Shown here one piece after another: positions 53,200 through 64,000 of a DNA stretch of 64,000 nucleotides; the first letter of the stretch is position 1; every line of letters starts with the position of its first letter. The stretch covers positions 104,842,001 to 104,906,000 of the forward strand of contig NC_042999.1 in assembly GCF_006345805.1 (NCBI RefSeq). Reading direction: 5' to 3'. A program made the position numbers and the translations under genes. Source of the stretch: Octopus sinensis (lineage: Eukaryota). Under the pieces are notes generated by a model. That model worked only from the letters and a program-made list of their open reading frames with translations, was not told where the DNA came from and did not search any database.

Positions 53200-54359
53200 C
53201 ATACATGCGTATGTGTGTGTGTAAACACACACCATATACGAGTCCCAAACATTTATAGAACTGATTATGTTTATACGGGGTTAACGTTATTTTGCCTGGT
53301 TACCATGGTTTATTAAGTGAAAAAAAGGGAGCAGGACATTTGTAAACTTGATACGGTTATAAAAATTGCTTTGTTGTTGATCTAATCCCGACCTTGGGTT
53401 TCAGTTCGAAATAATGGTCCTGGACCTTTAAGTAAGTCAAATTATATTTTGAGTTGGATTACGAGTGTGTTTTTCCGATGTCTTTCACGACAGTAAACTA
53501 TTAAATGAGTTTAAATTAAATTAAATGAGATATATGAAGAATATATTTATGAGTCTAATTCGAAATGTCCTCTGTATAATGGAGTTTTTGAATTTTATGT
53601 AGTTTATGTCATATATGCATTGCTTATAATTTATAAAAAGAAATAGTTCTATTTAATGGGAATATCGATAGCTTCTTAAAATTCAAACTAGATAATACCT
53701 CGAAACTTACTCTGTTGACCCAGGTACCTCTTCTTGAGGTGGAGGATATTAACCTATACAACGCTTTCATCGAAGAACTTGAAAATTATCTTTTGTTGGT
53801 GCGAACGTCTTAAGAGTAGTTCTTATCTATTGTGAAGCACCTGGTGCTTAGATGTAAAGATAGAGAATAGAAAATGCGTATAATTCAAAAACTCGATTAC
53901 ACACACAAAATTTCAGATAGCCCTCATTAATAAATTCTCCATTTGCAATATGTTTCATTTAATCAAGGAAAATTTAATTTGATTTGATTTAATCTCATTT
54001 AGTTGCTAGCTACAAAAACGGGAAAATGTTCTTATAAATCTATGACTCGGTAAGGACGTTTATTGATTTATATACAAATATATATGAGTTTATAGATGTG
54101 TATATGCATGTGTATGTGTATATATGTATGTATATGTACATATGTATATACACACAAATACAACAATGAGGCATTGGCATCGAGTGGGCTTAAGAACAAC
54201 ATCACCTACATACCTGGCCCTAGTATCCGGAAAAGGAAGCGCCGCAGAAATGCCCTTTGGTTTGCTCTACCTTTCTCACACAACATCAAGACTTGTGTGG
54301 GAAAGGTTTTCCTTGGACAGAGCGAGAAACATTTCACACATACACATAGATAAGGCATT

Positions 54360-55420
54360 TATTTAACAGACACAACCTAAGAGTCTCCATTAGTTGTGCA
54401 CCTAACATAAAAAAAACATTTTAGCAAATATCCACAATACAAAGGAGGAGGCAGGCTGAAAGGATCATCTACGAGGCTATGGTGATACGTAGACCTGATA
54501 TCCACAATAACAGTAATGTACCATCAAACAGCAATATTACTAGGAGATTAACCAGTTCTCACGCCAATACAGTTGCCACGCCCAGAAATAATAACCAGTC
54601 CGGTACCAGTATCACAGAGAACGTCACCGAAGACCCTGGTACCACCACTACAGATAATGAACAAACCATGGATACAGATAGAGTTACCAAGCCCGCAATG
54701 TATGCTACCACTAGTACAACGCCGCACCTAATGATCTATCCAGGACTAGCGACTTGGAGGAGGCATCCACTGTTCCCAGTTCAGCCACCTTAGAAGATAA
54801 CCAAATATTTATCATCGATACTGATGGGACAACCGGCCCCGCGCCATATGTTACTAGGGGTGCGAATAGGGCCGCAACCCATGTGTGTAAATATATTGGT
54901 TCTGCGAGTACTTCGTGCAAGCGAGGTTTTTTTAACCACCAGTCCCTTGCTCGCCATGTATGTCACCTCACAGATCACGGGATTCCGTGTGACATTAGGT
55001 GGAAATTAATTGATCATCCGGGCTCGTATACTAACGGAAATGGCTGTTGCAAGGTCTGCATTGTGGAGAGTGCCAAAATTCTTTAAAATTATAAGAAACC
55101 TGGCACGTTAAACTGCCATAAAGAAGTGTTTTCTAAATGTTTCCACATCAAGCGCTACTTACTAGAAAGTTGGATCTCCCCGTTTGCTAGTTAAGCCTCT
55201 TCGGGTCTATATGGGTATTTTTTATTCTCTGATTCAGGGGATATAATCTGTCTTCATTAACGTTTTTTTGCTAAGACGTAATCCTCAAGTTCTGAGCGTT
55301 TCCTCACGTCTGCAACGTAGATATTTTAAATTTTGTGTTTATATAGAATCTGACGAGCGGTCCACAAGGTTTGGCTTTGTGGGTGTGAAATCTTGGGAAC
55401 CTCTATATCCAAATTTTTGT
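54360..55420 (+). mobile_element. Penelope-like element 3' part: RT thumb, linker, GIY-YIG, 3' UTR with HHR-like motif
   Basis: FNRHNLRVSISCAPNI, YIGSAST...RWKLI...Y...CKVC..E...LN..KE...KC.H. Confidence 0.8.
55341..55408 (+). ncRNA. Degenerate hammerhead-like motif
   Basis: ATATAGA..CTGACGA-long hairpin (CCACAAG/TTTGTGG)-GAAA-TC-TTGG-GA-AC-C-TCTATAT; the U of the NUH triplet appears mutated. Confidence 0.5.
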
Positions 55421-55475
55421 TGCAATAACCACTGCTCTATTCTTTAGAGTATGCTTCTTTCTGACATGTTTATAC

Positions 55476-56545
55476 GTGGGCCTTACAGAGGGTAATTTCA
55501 AGGCCAGGTTCAATAACTACACCTTGAGTTTTAGGTACTGGAACAAAAGAAAAGCGACAAAATTATCTAATCATATTTGCTCTTTAAAAGATAAAGGTGT
55601 CGATTATAACATCCATTGGAAGATTTTGGCCAAATGTAAGCCCTACACCAACGGCAGCGGAAGGTGCGGTCTATGCGACATGGAGAGATGGCTTATCTGG
55701 AAAAGCAGCTTAGACCCTACTACATGTCTAAACTCAAGGACAGAACTTTTCGGATCATGCCCACATGTGACTAAATTTTTGTTACGTTTTTGGTCCCCTA
55801 AAGAAACAGGTAGAACTTGCTTTCTATATTATGCCCCCAAAAGTTTTTTATCTCATTATACCTTTTATTATTTCATATATATTTTTATATTTTCACACAA
55901 TTTTTTTCTATACTTTTCTATCCTGCATTTTTTCCTGTGCCTATATAGATGTGTATATAGATTCATTTGTACACATATGTGAATATGTATGAGTGGGCAG
56001 TTTTAGATGTGTGCGTGTGTGCGGGCATAAGAATGCACATATATATATAGACGTTTGGGGGGGGGGTATGTATATTCATTTTTTTGTATATGCGTGTGTA
56101 TGTATGCGTATATAAATATATAAATATGTGCGGGTATGTACATATGGGCGTGTGTGTGTATCAGTGCATAGGGGCATGTCCGTATATGAACGTGATTTTT
56201 AAGATTTTTATACTTCCTTATGTTTTTTCTGTTACCTTTAACCATGGTTTTTCTTGTGCTTTTGCGTATATAGACGTATGTATGAACTTTTACGGTACAT
56301 ATGTGTGTGTATATGCGTTTGTATATATATGCGTATATATTTGGCGAAAAATGCGAGTGAAGATGTGTACGTTTTCATAGTGACGTATAAGTACGCACGT
56401 GTGTTCGCGAGCAGAATTATAACACAGTAATTTACCTTTATATAACGGTATTTTTTCATAGCGTTTTTCAGATGGCCAGATAACCGAAGAGATGGTGTTG
56501 TGGATTTCCACTTCGGCATCTGAAACTCAGAGTTTTATCTTGACT
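55476..56545 (+). mobile_element. Second PLE module: GIY-YIG fragment, low-complexity 3' UTR, HHR-like motif
   Basis: GLTEGNFKARFNNYTLSF...TKLSNHICSLKD...WKIL..CKPY..GSGRCGLCDMER..CLNSRTELFGSCPH. Confidence 0.82.
56478..56540 (+). ncRNA. Type I hammerhead-like motif with one core substitution
   Basis: AGATAA-CCGAAGA-GATG...CATC-T-GAAA-CTC-A-GAG-TT-TTATCT; stem I has 6 perfect bp; CUGA is changed to CCGA. Confidence 0.65.
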
Positions 56546-56580
56546 ATTGAGTAAATGTAACATATTATTTTATATATATA

Positions 56581-57435
56581 TACGCGGTCTCATTAATAAG
56601 TATCCGGACTGTTGCCATAGTAAAGAAGCTAAAGCACACAGAGTAAAGCCGCTTGGCACAGATTGACCTTGACTGCTGCAGTGCACGTGCACTACATTTT
56701 AACATTCTAGCTCCCTAACGCTGTTGAGATCAGTGCTTCGAATTAACGTGTGTAACGTGTAATTGTCTCATTGATCATGACAGAGAAGGTTATCATGGCG
56801 ATACCTGGTCAATGGTCTACGCAACGTTGCAGAAAGTGTATGGAGAGGAGTATATGAATCGCAAACTAGTGTACGAGTGGTTCAGACGTTTCCAAGATGG
56901 CCGAAACGTCGATATTGAAGAACGTTCTAAAAGATCCGTAACCAGTTGGACTGCAAAAAACATCGCTAGTGCATCTGCGAAGGTAAATCGTCGAATCATC
57001 GTCCGTGAGTTTTCAGGGGATGTACAGATTCCTTACGGTTCAGTTCAGTCTATTATTACTGAAGATTTGAGACGTGTGTCTGCCAATTTTGCGCCAAAAC
57101 TGCATTCAGCTGATCAAAACGATACACGGGTTTCAGTTGTACAAAGTCTCCGTCATTGTGTCGAGAACGATGGCAACTTTTTGAAAACTTTGCGTAGGTC
57201 TCTGAGGAGGTATCGCCAAGTTTTATGCAAATTTGATGTAGACTGTCTGCTCACCTTTCTCTGTCGTGGTCAATGCGACGAACACACGCTACAAACGTTA
57301 CTTTCAAGCACTGCTGTCAACAGCAGGAATGAGCTAGAACATTAAAACTAAATGGGTACGCTCAACAGCGTTCAAGGTCAAACCGTGCTAAGTGGCTTCC
57401 CTCTGTTTCCTTTCGCTTCGTTACTATGGCAACAC
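56581..57435 (+). mobile_element. Internally deleted mariner element (HTH half only)
   Basis: YATLQKVYGEE.MNRKLVYEWFRRFQDGR...RRIIVRE...SVQSIITEDL; left GTTGCCATAGTAAAGAAGC is mirrored at about 57413-57433. Confidence 0.82.
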
Positions 57436-59314
57436 ACACAAATACAGACACATTTATACACTTAAATTTGAATTATGTTAGAGTATACACATGTTCACAT
57501 AATATAAATTATCCATTAGATGCGTACCTGAAATGTGTCTCCTGGACACTTGAACCTGTACTCCTCTAATGTATAACATTGATATCAAATATAAAATTAA
57601 GTTACTCTATAATGGGTCAGTATACGGCTATTTTTACATTTCCATAAGATATAATAATGATATCGTCCAGTTTTGTATATATAACTATAAAAGCATCAAT
57701 TATCCACTTCTATTCTTGACACTTATAGTTTAAATACTGAAGAAAAATGTATTATGGGACTGCTTTCTACGCACAGCCATTACAGATTACTACAAAGGAT
57801 TTTATTATAGATTTATATTAATTTTTCAAAACTTTTAGCCCAAATTTATATCAATACACATCTATACCAATAACTTTTTAAACAACACCTTTATGATACG
57901 ATTTTAAATGATATCTCTTTCATTCGATTGGCTACACAGAAATTCATCCTTTTCTTTGATGAGTGGATGTTCTACCTAATAATGATGATCAATTTTGGAT
58001 TTCATTTCGAAAGGTAATACATTCATGAAACGATCGTAAGATATCTCAAACCTTTTTGAATAGTCATATTTTATATATTCATTTATACAATATTATTTAT
58101 ATTATGAACGTATATCTTCCCCTTTACTCTTTTACTTGTTTCAGACTATGGCTTTGATTCAATAACAGTGAATAATGTTACTGTATAGATTCACAATGTC
58201 AAATGTGACGATATATGTATTTTTGCTGAATGTAACTTAAATGGGCAAAACAGATCCTTTAATTATCTTTTAATTAATTCAATTTATTATCTTTAATTAT
58301 TTGATACCAATACTGTTTTAGCTATTGTTATTTAACTCCTGATCAGCTCTAATTAATCAAAAGCAGAGTTTTATCGTTTAGCTCCAGGTGATTATTGACC
58401 GAGAAAATCAATGATCAGAATCTGGCTGTTAATATTTAGCACCATCAAAGGTTAGATGCTGTGGTTTAGCATTAAGTCAGCCCTGATATAACGGAGATAT
58501 CATCAAAGGCTGATTGGTAGTTTTGTTTAATCACAGATCAGCAACGATGAAATAAATATTTGCTCAAACGATGGCTATTGTTAACTCCAAGCCAGTGCTG
58601 ACAAAGCAGATTTATGATGAAAAGATTTTGGGTCTGAGATGTCCCAGACGTTATAAACGTACCTCAGTCAATAGCATCCTGTGTTTCCTTTCCTTGTGAA
58701 GGCAAACTATACTTGAGGGAGTTTCGTTTGTTACTTCTAGCGTGTGAATGGACCGCGTCAGTGTTTCCTCGCTGGTTTAACTAACCACGTATTATTTCCG
58801 TAAGGGATATTCAGCTTCAAAAATATTGTACAGCAAGGCCAAAAGTATATCCTTATATGGAATTCAATAATCTCAGTGCACCATGGATTAGAAAACTTAA
58901 TTAATTTTATATAGTATTTTATATATATATATTTTAAATCTGTGTATCAATGCATGTGTGTGTGTGTTATTATTTATTTATATTTACTGTTGCCCATTCA
59001 CATTTATGTACTCTCATTCTATGGGAGAAATGTTCAGCATAGAATTCGTTGCAATTGATTGTACTCAGTCAACTTTACAAAGCAAACCCTTAAAGTATTC
59101 TTTGACATTCTAAATTTAGTTATTTCTTTACCCAACAGTTCCCTCAGCAGGGGAATGGTAGGTATGGTGGGGTTTATAAAACCAAAATATAATCACTTTA
59201 GGAGCGATGGGGGATTTGGTGGAAAATAAGGATAATTTTAGTTGGAAGGAAAATATTGAAAATTATTTTCATTTGATATTTTCCAAGTATTCTTTCTTTA
59301 TTTCTTCCTTCTTT

Positions 59315-59394
<80 letters not shown>

Positions 59395-59395
59395 T
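59315..59395. repeat. (TTTC)n microsatellite
   Basis: Directly visible. Confidence 0.95.
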
Positions 59396-60149
59396 CGTCA
59401 TCATTTTTCGCTTCCAACATTTCTATCTCACCGTCTTTTTCCTCTTTCTCTGTTCCTACTGGTGGCGTTGCTCCTTTCCCTCTGCCTCATCCCCTTCCTC
59501 TTCTTCCTTCTCCTGCTACTACAACTATTCTTGTTGATATGATAATTAATTCGTATCCCTGCGGTTGTTATCGTTGTTGCAGTTGTTATTGTTACATCGG
59601 GAGATTATAAATATAACACGGCAGAAAGAACTGAAAACAAATAAATGCAGCAAGGAGGCGAAGAGAAACACATACCTGCACACACATACGGATAAACACC
59701 CACACACAAACATATCTAAAACAGGAAAATATACAAAAAAGAAACAAAAATGAAATAAACGCTCAGTAAAATAAACTGACGAAGAAAAACAAAACACCCT
59801 CAAACAAAAAAAATACCCACTGCAGAGAGGTTGTTTTGGAATTTAGATATGGACCTTAAGCAAGAATATTCACTTTCATGCCACTACCATCGACAACACC
59901 ACCACTCACTCAATCTGTAATAACTGCATTTCAATAAATATATAAAAAGCTAGAATAAAATAATGAAATGATATTTATATGGTGAGTGCGAGCAACTTTT
60001 TGAACTCAATATAACCTTTTTCTCACGCACCCAAAAACACACTCGCACACATACATGTACACGCGCAGGAATATTGAGCAGAATTAAAACACCCACACGC
60101 TAATAAACATACTTAAAGTCTAATATAATTTCTTAGGCTTAACGTTTTT

Positions 60150-60302
60150 AGATATTCACGCATCTATACAAAGGCACGCATACATATAAGCACACACATG
60201 CACACCGCACACAAGCATATCTATGCGTATGTATATGACTGTATGTGTATATGTATGTATATGTATGTTTGTGTACACACACACACATATATACACACAA
60301 AT

Positions 60303-60335
<33 letters not shown>

Positions 60336-60389
60336 CACATACACAAACACATATATACACATATATACATATATACATATCAAACTGTA

Positions 60390-60423
<34 letters not shown>

Positions 60424-61060
60424 CTCACACATACACACACAGAGAAACATGTTTGTGTATGTGTTCTTACACGTAGGCATATGCACACATACAAACATTT
60501 TCCCCATATCCGCTTTTCTTCTTTCATGTTAACTAGCACTTACACATCCCACTATGAAATCTTGCTTTGTTCTCAGTTTAATCCTTTAAAATTACACTAC
60601 TATTCGCACATCGACACGAATATAGACACATGTGTATACATGCACACACATGTAATGCCTCTGTTCTGTTCTCAATTTAGCTCATTAAAAGACACACGAC
60701 TACACACTCAATTATAAATATGCACAAATTTATATTTCAGATATTGTTTGGCTGTTAACCTTTTAGATGCAAGCACCGCAAGTGCACACAGATTACCCGC
60801 ATGCTTATACACAAACACATAACACATACATATACATACACCTATATTCAAACCTCAGAATATATTCAGATGGACGTTCACACTCCACTTTCATACAGGC
60901 ATTACAAACTGAACAAACATATATATATATACACACACTCTATCGCACACATAGACCTGCACCACTCAGTACGCTTACATAAATACAGCCCAATACGCTG
61001 CACAAGTACACATATAAGCATCAATGATGTGCACACTTACACACAACTAGCATGCAGATA
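60150..61060. repeat. Long degenerate CA/TA-rich low-complexity tract
   Basis: Directly visible; source of several spurious ORFs. Confidence 0.85.
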
Positions 61061-61929
61061 TAAACATGTCACACAGCGTCAAAATATAATATTCATGTAT
61101 TTTATAATGAAAATATTGGCCCAGAATATCTAAATAATTTTATCTTTGCCTTCCTAATTTAGTTTATTTTATTGTTGTCTTTTTATATGAAAGGCAAGCT
61201 ATATGATACACAACTGCGTCAGAATTAGGATACTTGCTGTAACGTAACTGCAAATGTATATGCAGCATTTCGAGATGAGCCACTTAAGTAGAGTCTGTTC
61301 AATGTTTAAAGGAAATTTAAGAGATCTGTTGGGTATGTATGAAAATTGCAGATCTTGGAATATGTAGGGCATAATGCATTCTACTTTTAACAAATGGATC
61401 AATATTGTTGCCTTTTTGTCTTCTTTTATGGCTTAGGCTCAGGAGGACTAAGTCTGATGAGGACTTAGTCTGATGAGGCCTTTCAAAAGGTATAGCAAGA
61501 AGGGAAAGAAGAAAAGAACTTGTCGTTGGTTGAGAACCCCATTAAAGGACATAAGCGTTTGCTTCTACAGCTTTCGACTGTTAATATCTGCTAGATTTTT
61601 TTTTCAGTTTTGATTGACTAGAAACTATAATAGAAAGTACATGCATATCTTAAATAGGATAAATGCATACCCAAAGGGTGATAAAGGTATACATCTCTAA
61701 AGTGGAATCAAAGATGAAGCCACGAGGTTATGAAGTAGATTTTTTAACCACACTTGTCATATCTTTGCTCACACATACTTTTTGGCACCCAGGCATTCGT
61801 GTCTACGCTCAATTTGTGGGTATATTTTGGTATTTGTAACTGTATTTAAGTTTCAGGTTGACACTGATGATTTAAGACTTATGAATATACATTCAGACCC
61901 TGATCCTCCCATTATTTTAATGGGAACAG

Positions 61930-64000
61930 TGCCATAAAGATTAAGAAGACAATATATACTGCACAAGAAGGATGCTGCATTGTTGCAAGAATTGAAACAA
62001 ACAGTAGTCTGTCCCAAACCAGACAGAACTAGTCATTTCAGTTAGGGAAGTGAACGAAATCAGCAAAAAAAAAAAAAAAAAATGAGCATCTGGAGGGCCC
62101 TGGAGTTCAAGGCTACAAGATCAAAAGAATTGGTGAATGTCATGCAGGAATAGCTGCGCAACTCAACACCCTGTTAAATGCCGACCAAGTAACACCAGAC
62201 CGGTTGACAATGGGTAGGACAGTGCTGTGCCTGAAAAACATCGAAAAGTCAATAGGTAGACATTTATAGGCCGATATCCTGTTTGCCACTTATACTCTTT
62301 TACTCTTTTACTCTTTTACTTGTTTCAGTCATTTGACTGTGGTCAATGTGGAGCACCGCATTTAGTCGAGCAAATCGACCTCAGGCCTTAGTCTTTCTAA
62401 GCCTAGAACTTATTCTATCGGTCTCTTTTGCCGAACCGCTAAATTACGGGGACGTAAACACACCAGCATCGGTTATCAAGTGATGTTGGGGGGACAAACA
62501 CAAACACACAAACACACACACACATATACATATGCATATATACGACGTGCTTCTTTCAGTTTCCGTCTACCAAATCCGCTTACAAGGCTCTGGTCGGCTC
62601 GAGGCTATAGTAGAAGACATTTGCCCAAGATGCCACGCAGTTGGACTGAACCCGGAACCATGTGTTTGGTAAGCAAACTACTTACCATACAGCCACTTCT
62701 ACGACTACTTATGTGGAAGTTATTGACTAGAATATTCGCCGTCAATGTACAAACATCTGGAAAAAATGGAGTCCTGCTACATGAGCAGAACGGTTGCAAG
62801 CGTAAGTGCAGAGGTATCAAGCATCAACCCCTGATAGACAAAACTATGCTCAGAGACTGCGAGAGGATGTATAGTAACTTAGCGATATAATGGATCGACT
62901 ATCGTAAGGTGTATAATATGATCCCACATTCATGGATTATGAATCTGTTTGGTACAGTATTGAATGTTAAGCGATTGCTTGGAAAAAGGCAAATTGGAGG
63001 ACGGATCTGACAGAATACGGAAGATGTTTAGGGACAATAGAAATTAGGAGGGGCATCTTCCAAGGGGGCAACATGTCCCACTGATCTTTGTACTGTGCTT
63101 GATACCACTAACATTTATTCTGAGGACAGCAAAAGCAGAGTATGTATTCAAAAGCCGCCAACAAAAAGTCAACCATTTGTTTTTCATGGATGACCTCAAA
63201 CTTTATGGTAAAGATGATGCCCAAGTCAGCTCCTTTGTTGATATGGTGCATTCCTTCAGTGCTGATATCAGAATGGATTTCGGACAGAGAAAGTGTAGTG
63301 TGTTACTCTTGAAGTGTGGCAAAATCAAAGGTATGGACGGGCTAACGATATCGTTGGAGCAGGTTACGAAGCAGATAGACGAGATGGGCTATAAGTACTT
63401 GGGGATTTTGGAAATGGATAAATTGATGGTGAAAGAATTTAAGGTGGAGTACTTACGCATACTGAGACTGATTCTGAAGTCGAAATTAAACAGACGGAAT
63501 AAGATCGAAGCTATCAACACCTGGGCGGTATCATTCTTTAGATATGGATCAAGGGTAATGGCATGGACAGTAGACGAACAAAACAGCTTAGACAGAAAGA
63601 CAAGGAAGCTGCTAACTAGGCATGGGTCACTCCACCTAAAAAGTAACACAGACAGACTGTATGTACCAGGAAAAAGAGGGGGAAGAGGATTTATATATAT
63701 ATATACACATACGTATAGAAGGTGGCAGAGGCCTTATACAGCTGGAAAACTACTATAAAATAACCACCATAGGACTGCCAAAATATCTACTTCAGAAGGA
63801 AGGAAAACTGATACAAATAGCAGCAAAACACGAGCAAAACAAAAAAACTGTTCTCAGTATTTAAGGAAGCTGACAAATACAAACAAGTATTCATACCAAC
63901 TAATAAATATGAAGAAGAAGAAGAAGAAGACGTTAAAGAGACAACAAAAGCTATAAAACAAATGAAATCCAAACTAAAAATAGAACAGCAACGAACCATG
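61930..64000 (+). mobile_element. R4/Dong LINE reverse transcriptase region, interrupted by a SINE and running off the window end
   Basis: GRTVL..K..YRPISCLPL|MWKLLT, EQNGC, WIDYRK, GIFQG, NHLFFMDDLKLYGK, YKYLG, NKIEAINTWAV, DRLYVP.KRGGRG. Confidence 0.93.
62294..62706 (-). mobile_element. Full-length CORE-type SINE (family A) with ACTTAT target-site duplication
   Basis: ACTTAT at 62288-62293 and 62707-62712; head GTAGAAGTGGCTGTATGGTAAG...GGTTCAGTCC; tail (AAAGAGTA)n-like. Confidence 0.92.

Overview
Eukaryotic, AT-rich, repeat-dominated genomic DNA. The SINE types, the microsatellite load and the R4/Dong, Penelope and mariner content suggest a coleoid cephalopod such as Octopus; this is an inference, not a database result. 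I recognise no host protein-coding gene. Most ORFs in the track are microsatellite read-through. The real coding remnants are transposon-derived: R4/Dong-type RLE LINEs next to (TAA)n, Penelope-like elements (PLEs) with GIY-YIG endonucleases, one CR1-type and one Tx1/L1-type LINE fragment, and three mariner elements. There are also many tRNA-derived SINEs and two Helitron-like non-autonomous elements. The most notable signal is a set of type I hammerhead ribozyme (HHR) motifs tied to PLEs. Two have intact catalytic cores and sit in the inverted arms of a fold-back element around an open GIY-YIG frame (12190-13170). An ORF-less sister fold-back element (15913-16435) and further degenerate HHRs (about 6.4, 55.4 and 56.5 kb) also occur. 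A few minus-strand exon-like segments may belong to an unidentified host gene and are low confidence. Boundaries of degraded elements are approximate.
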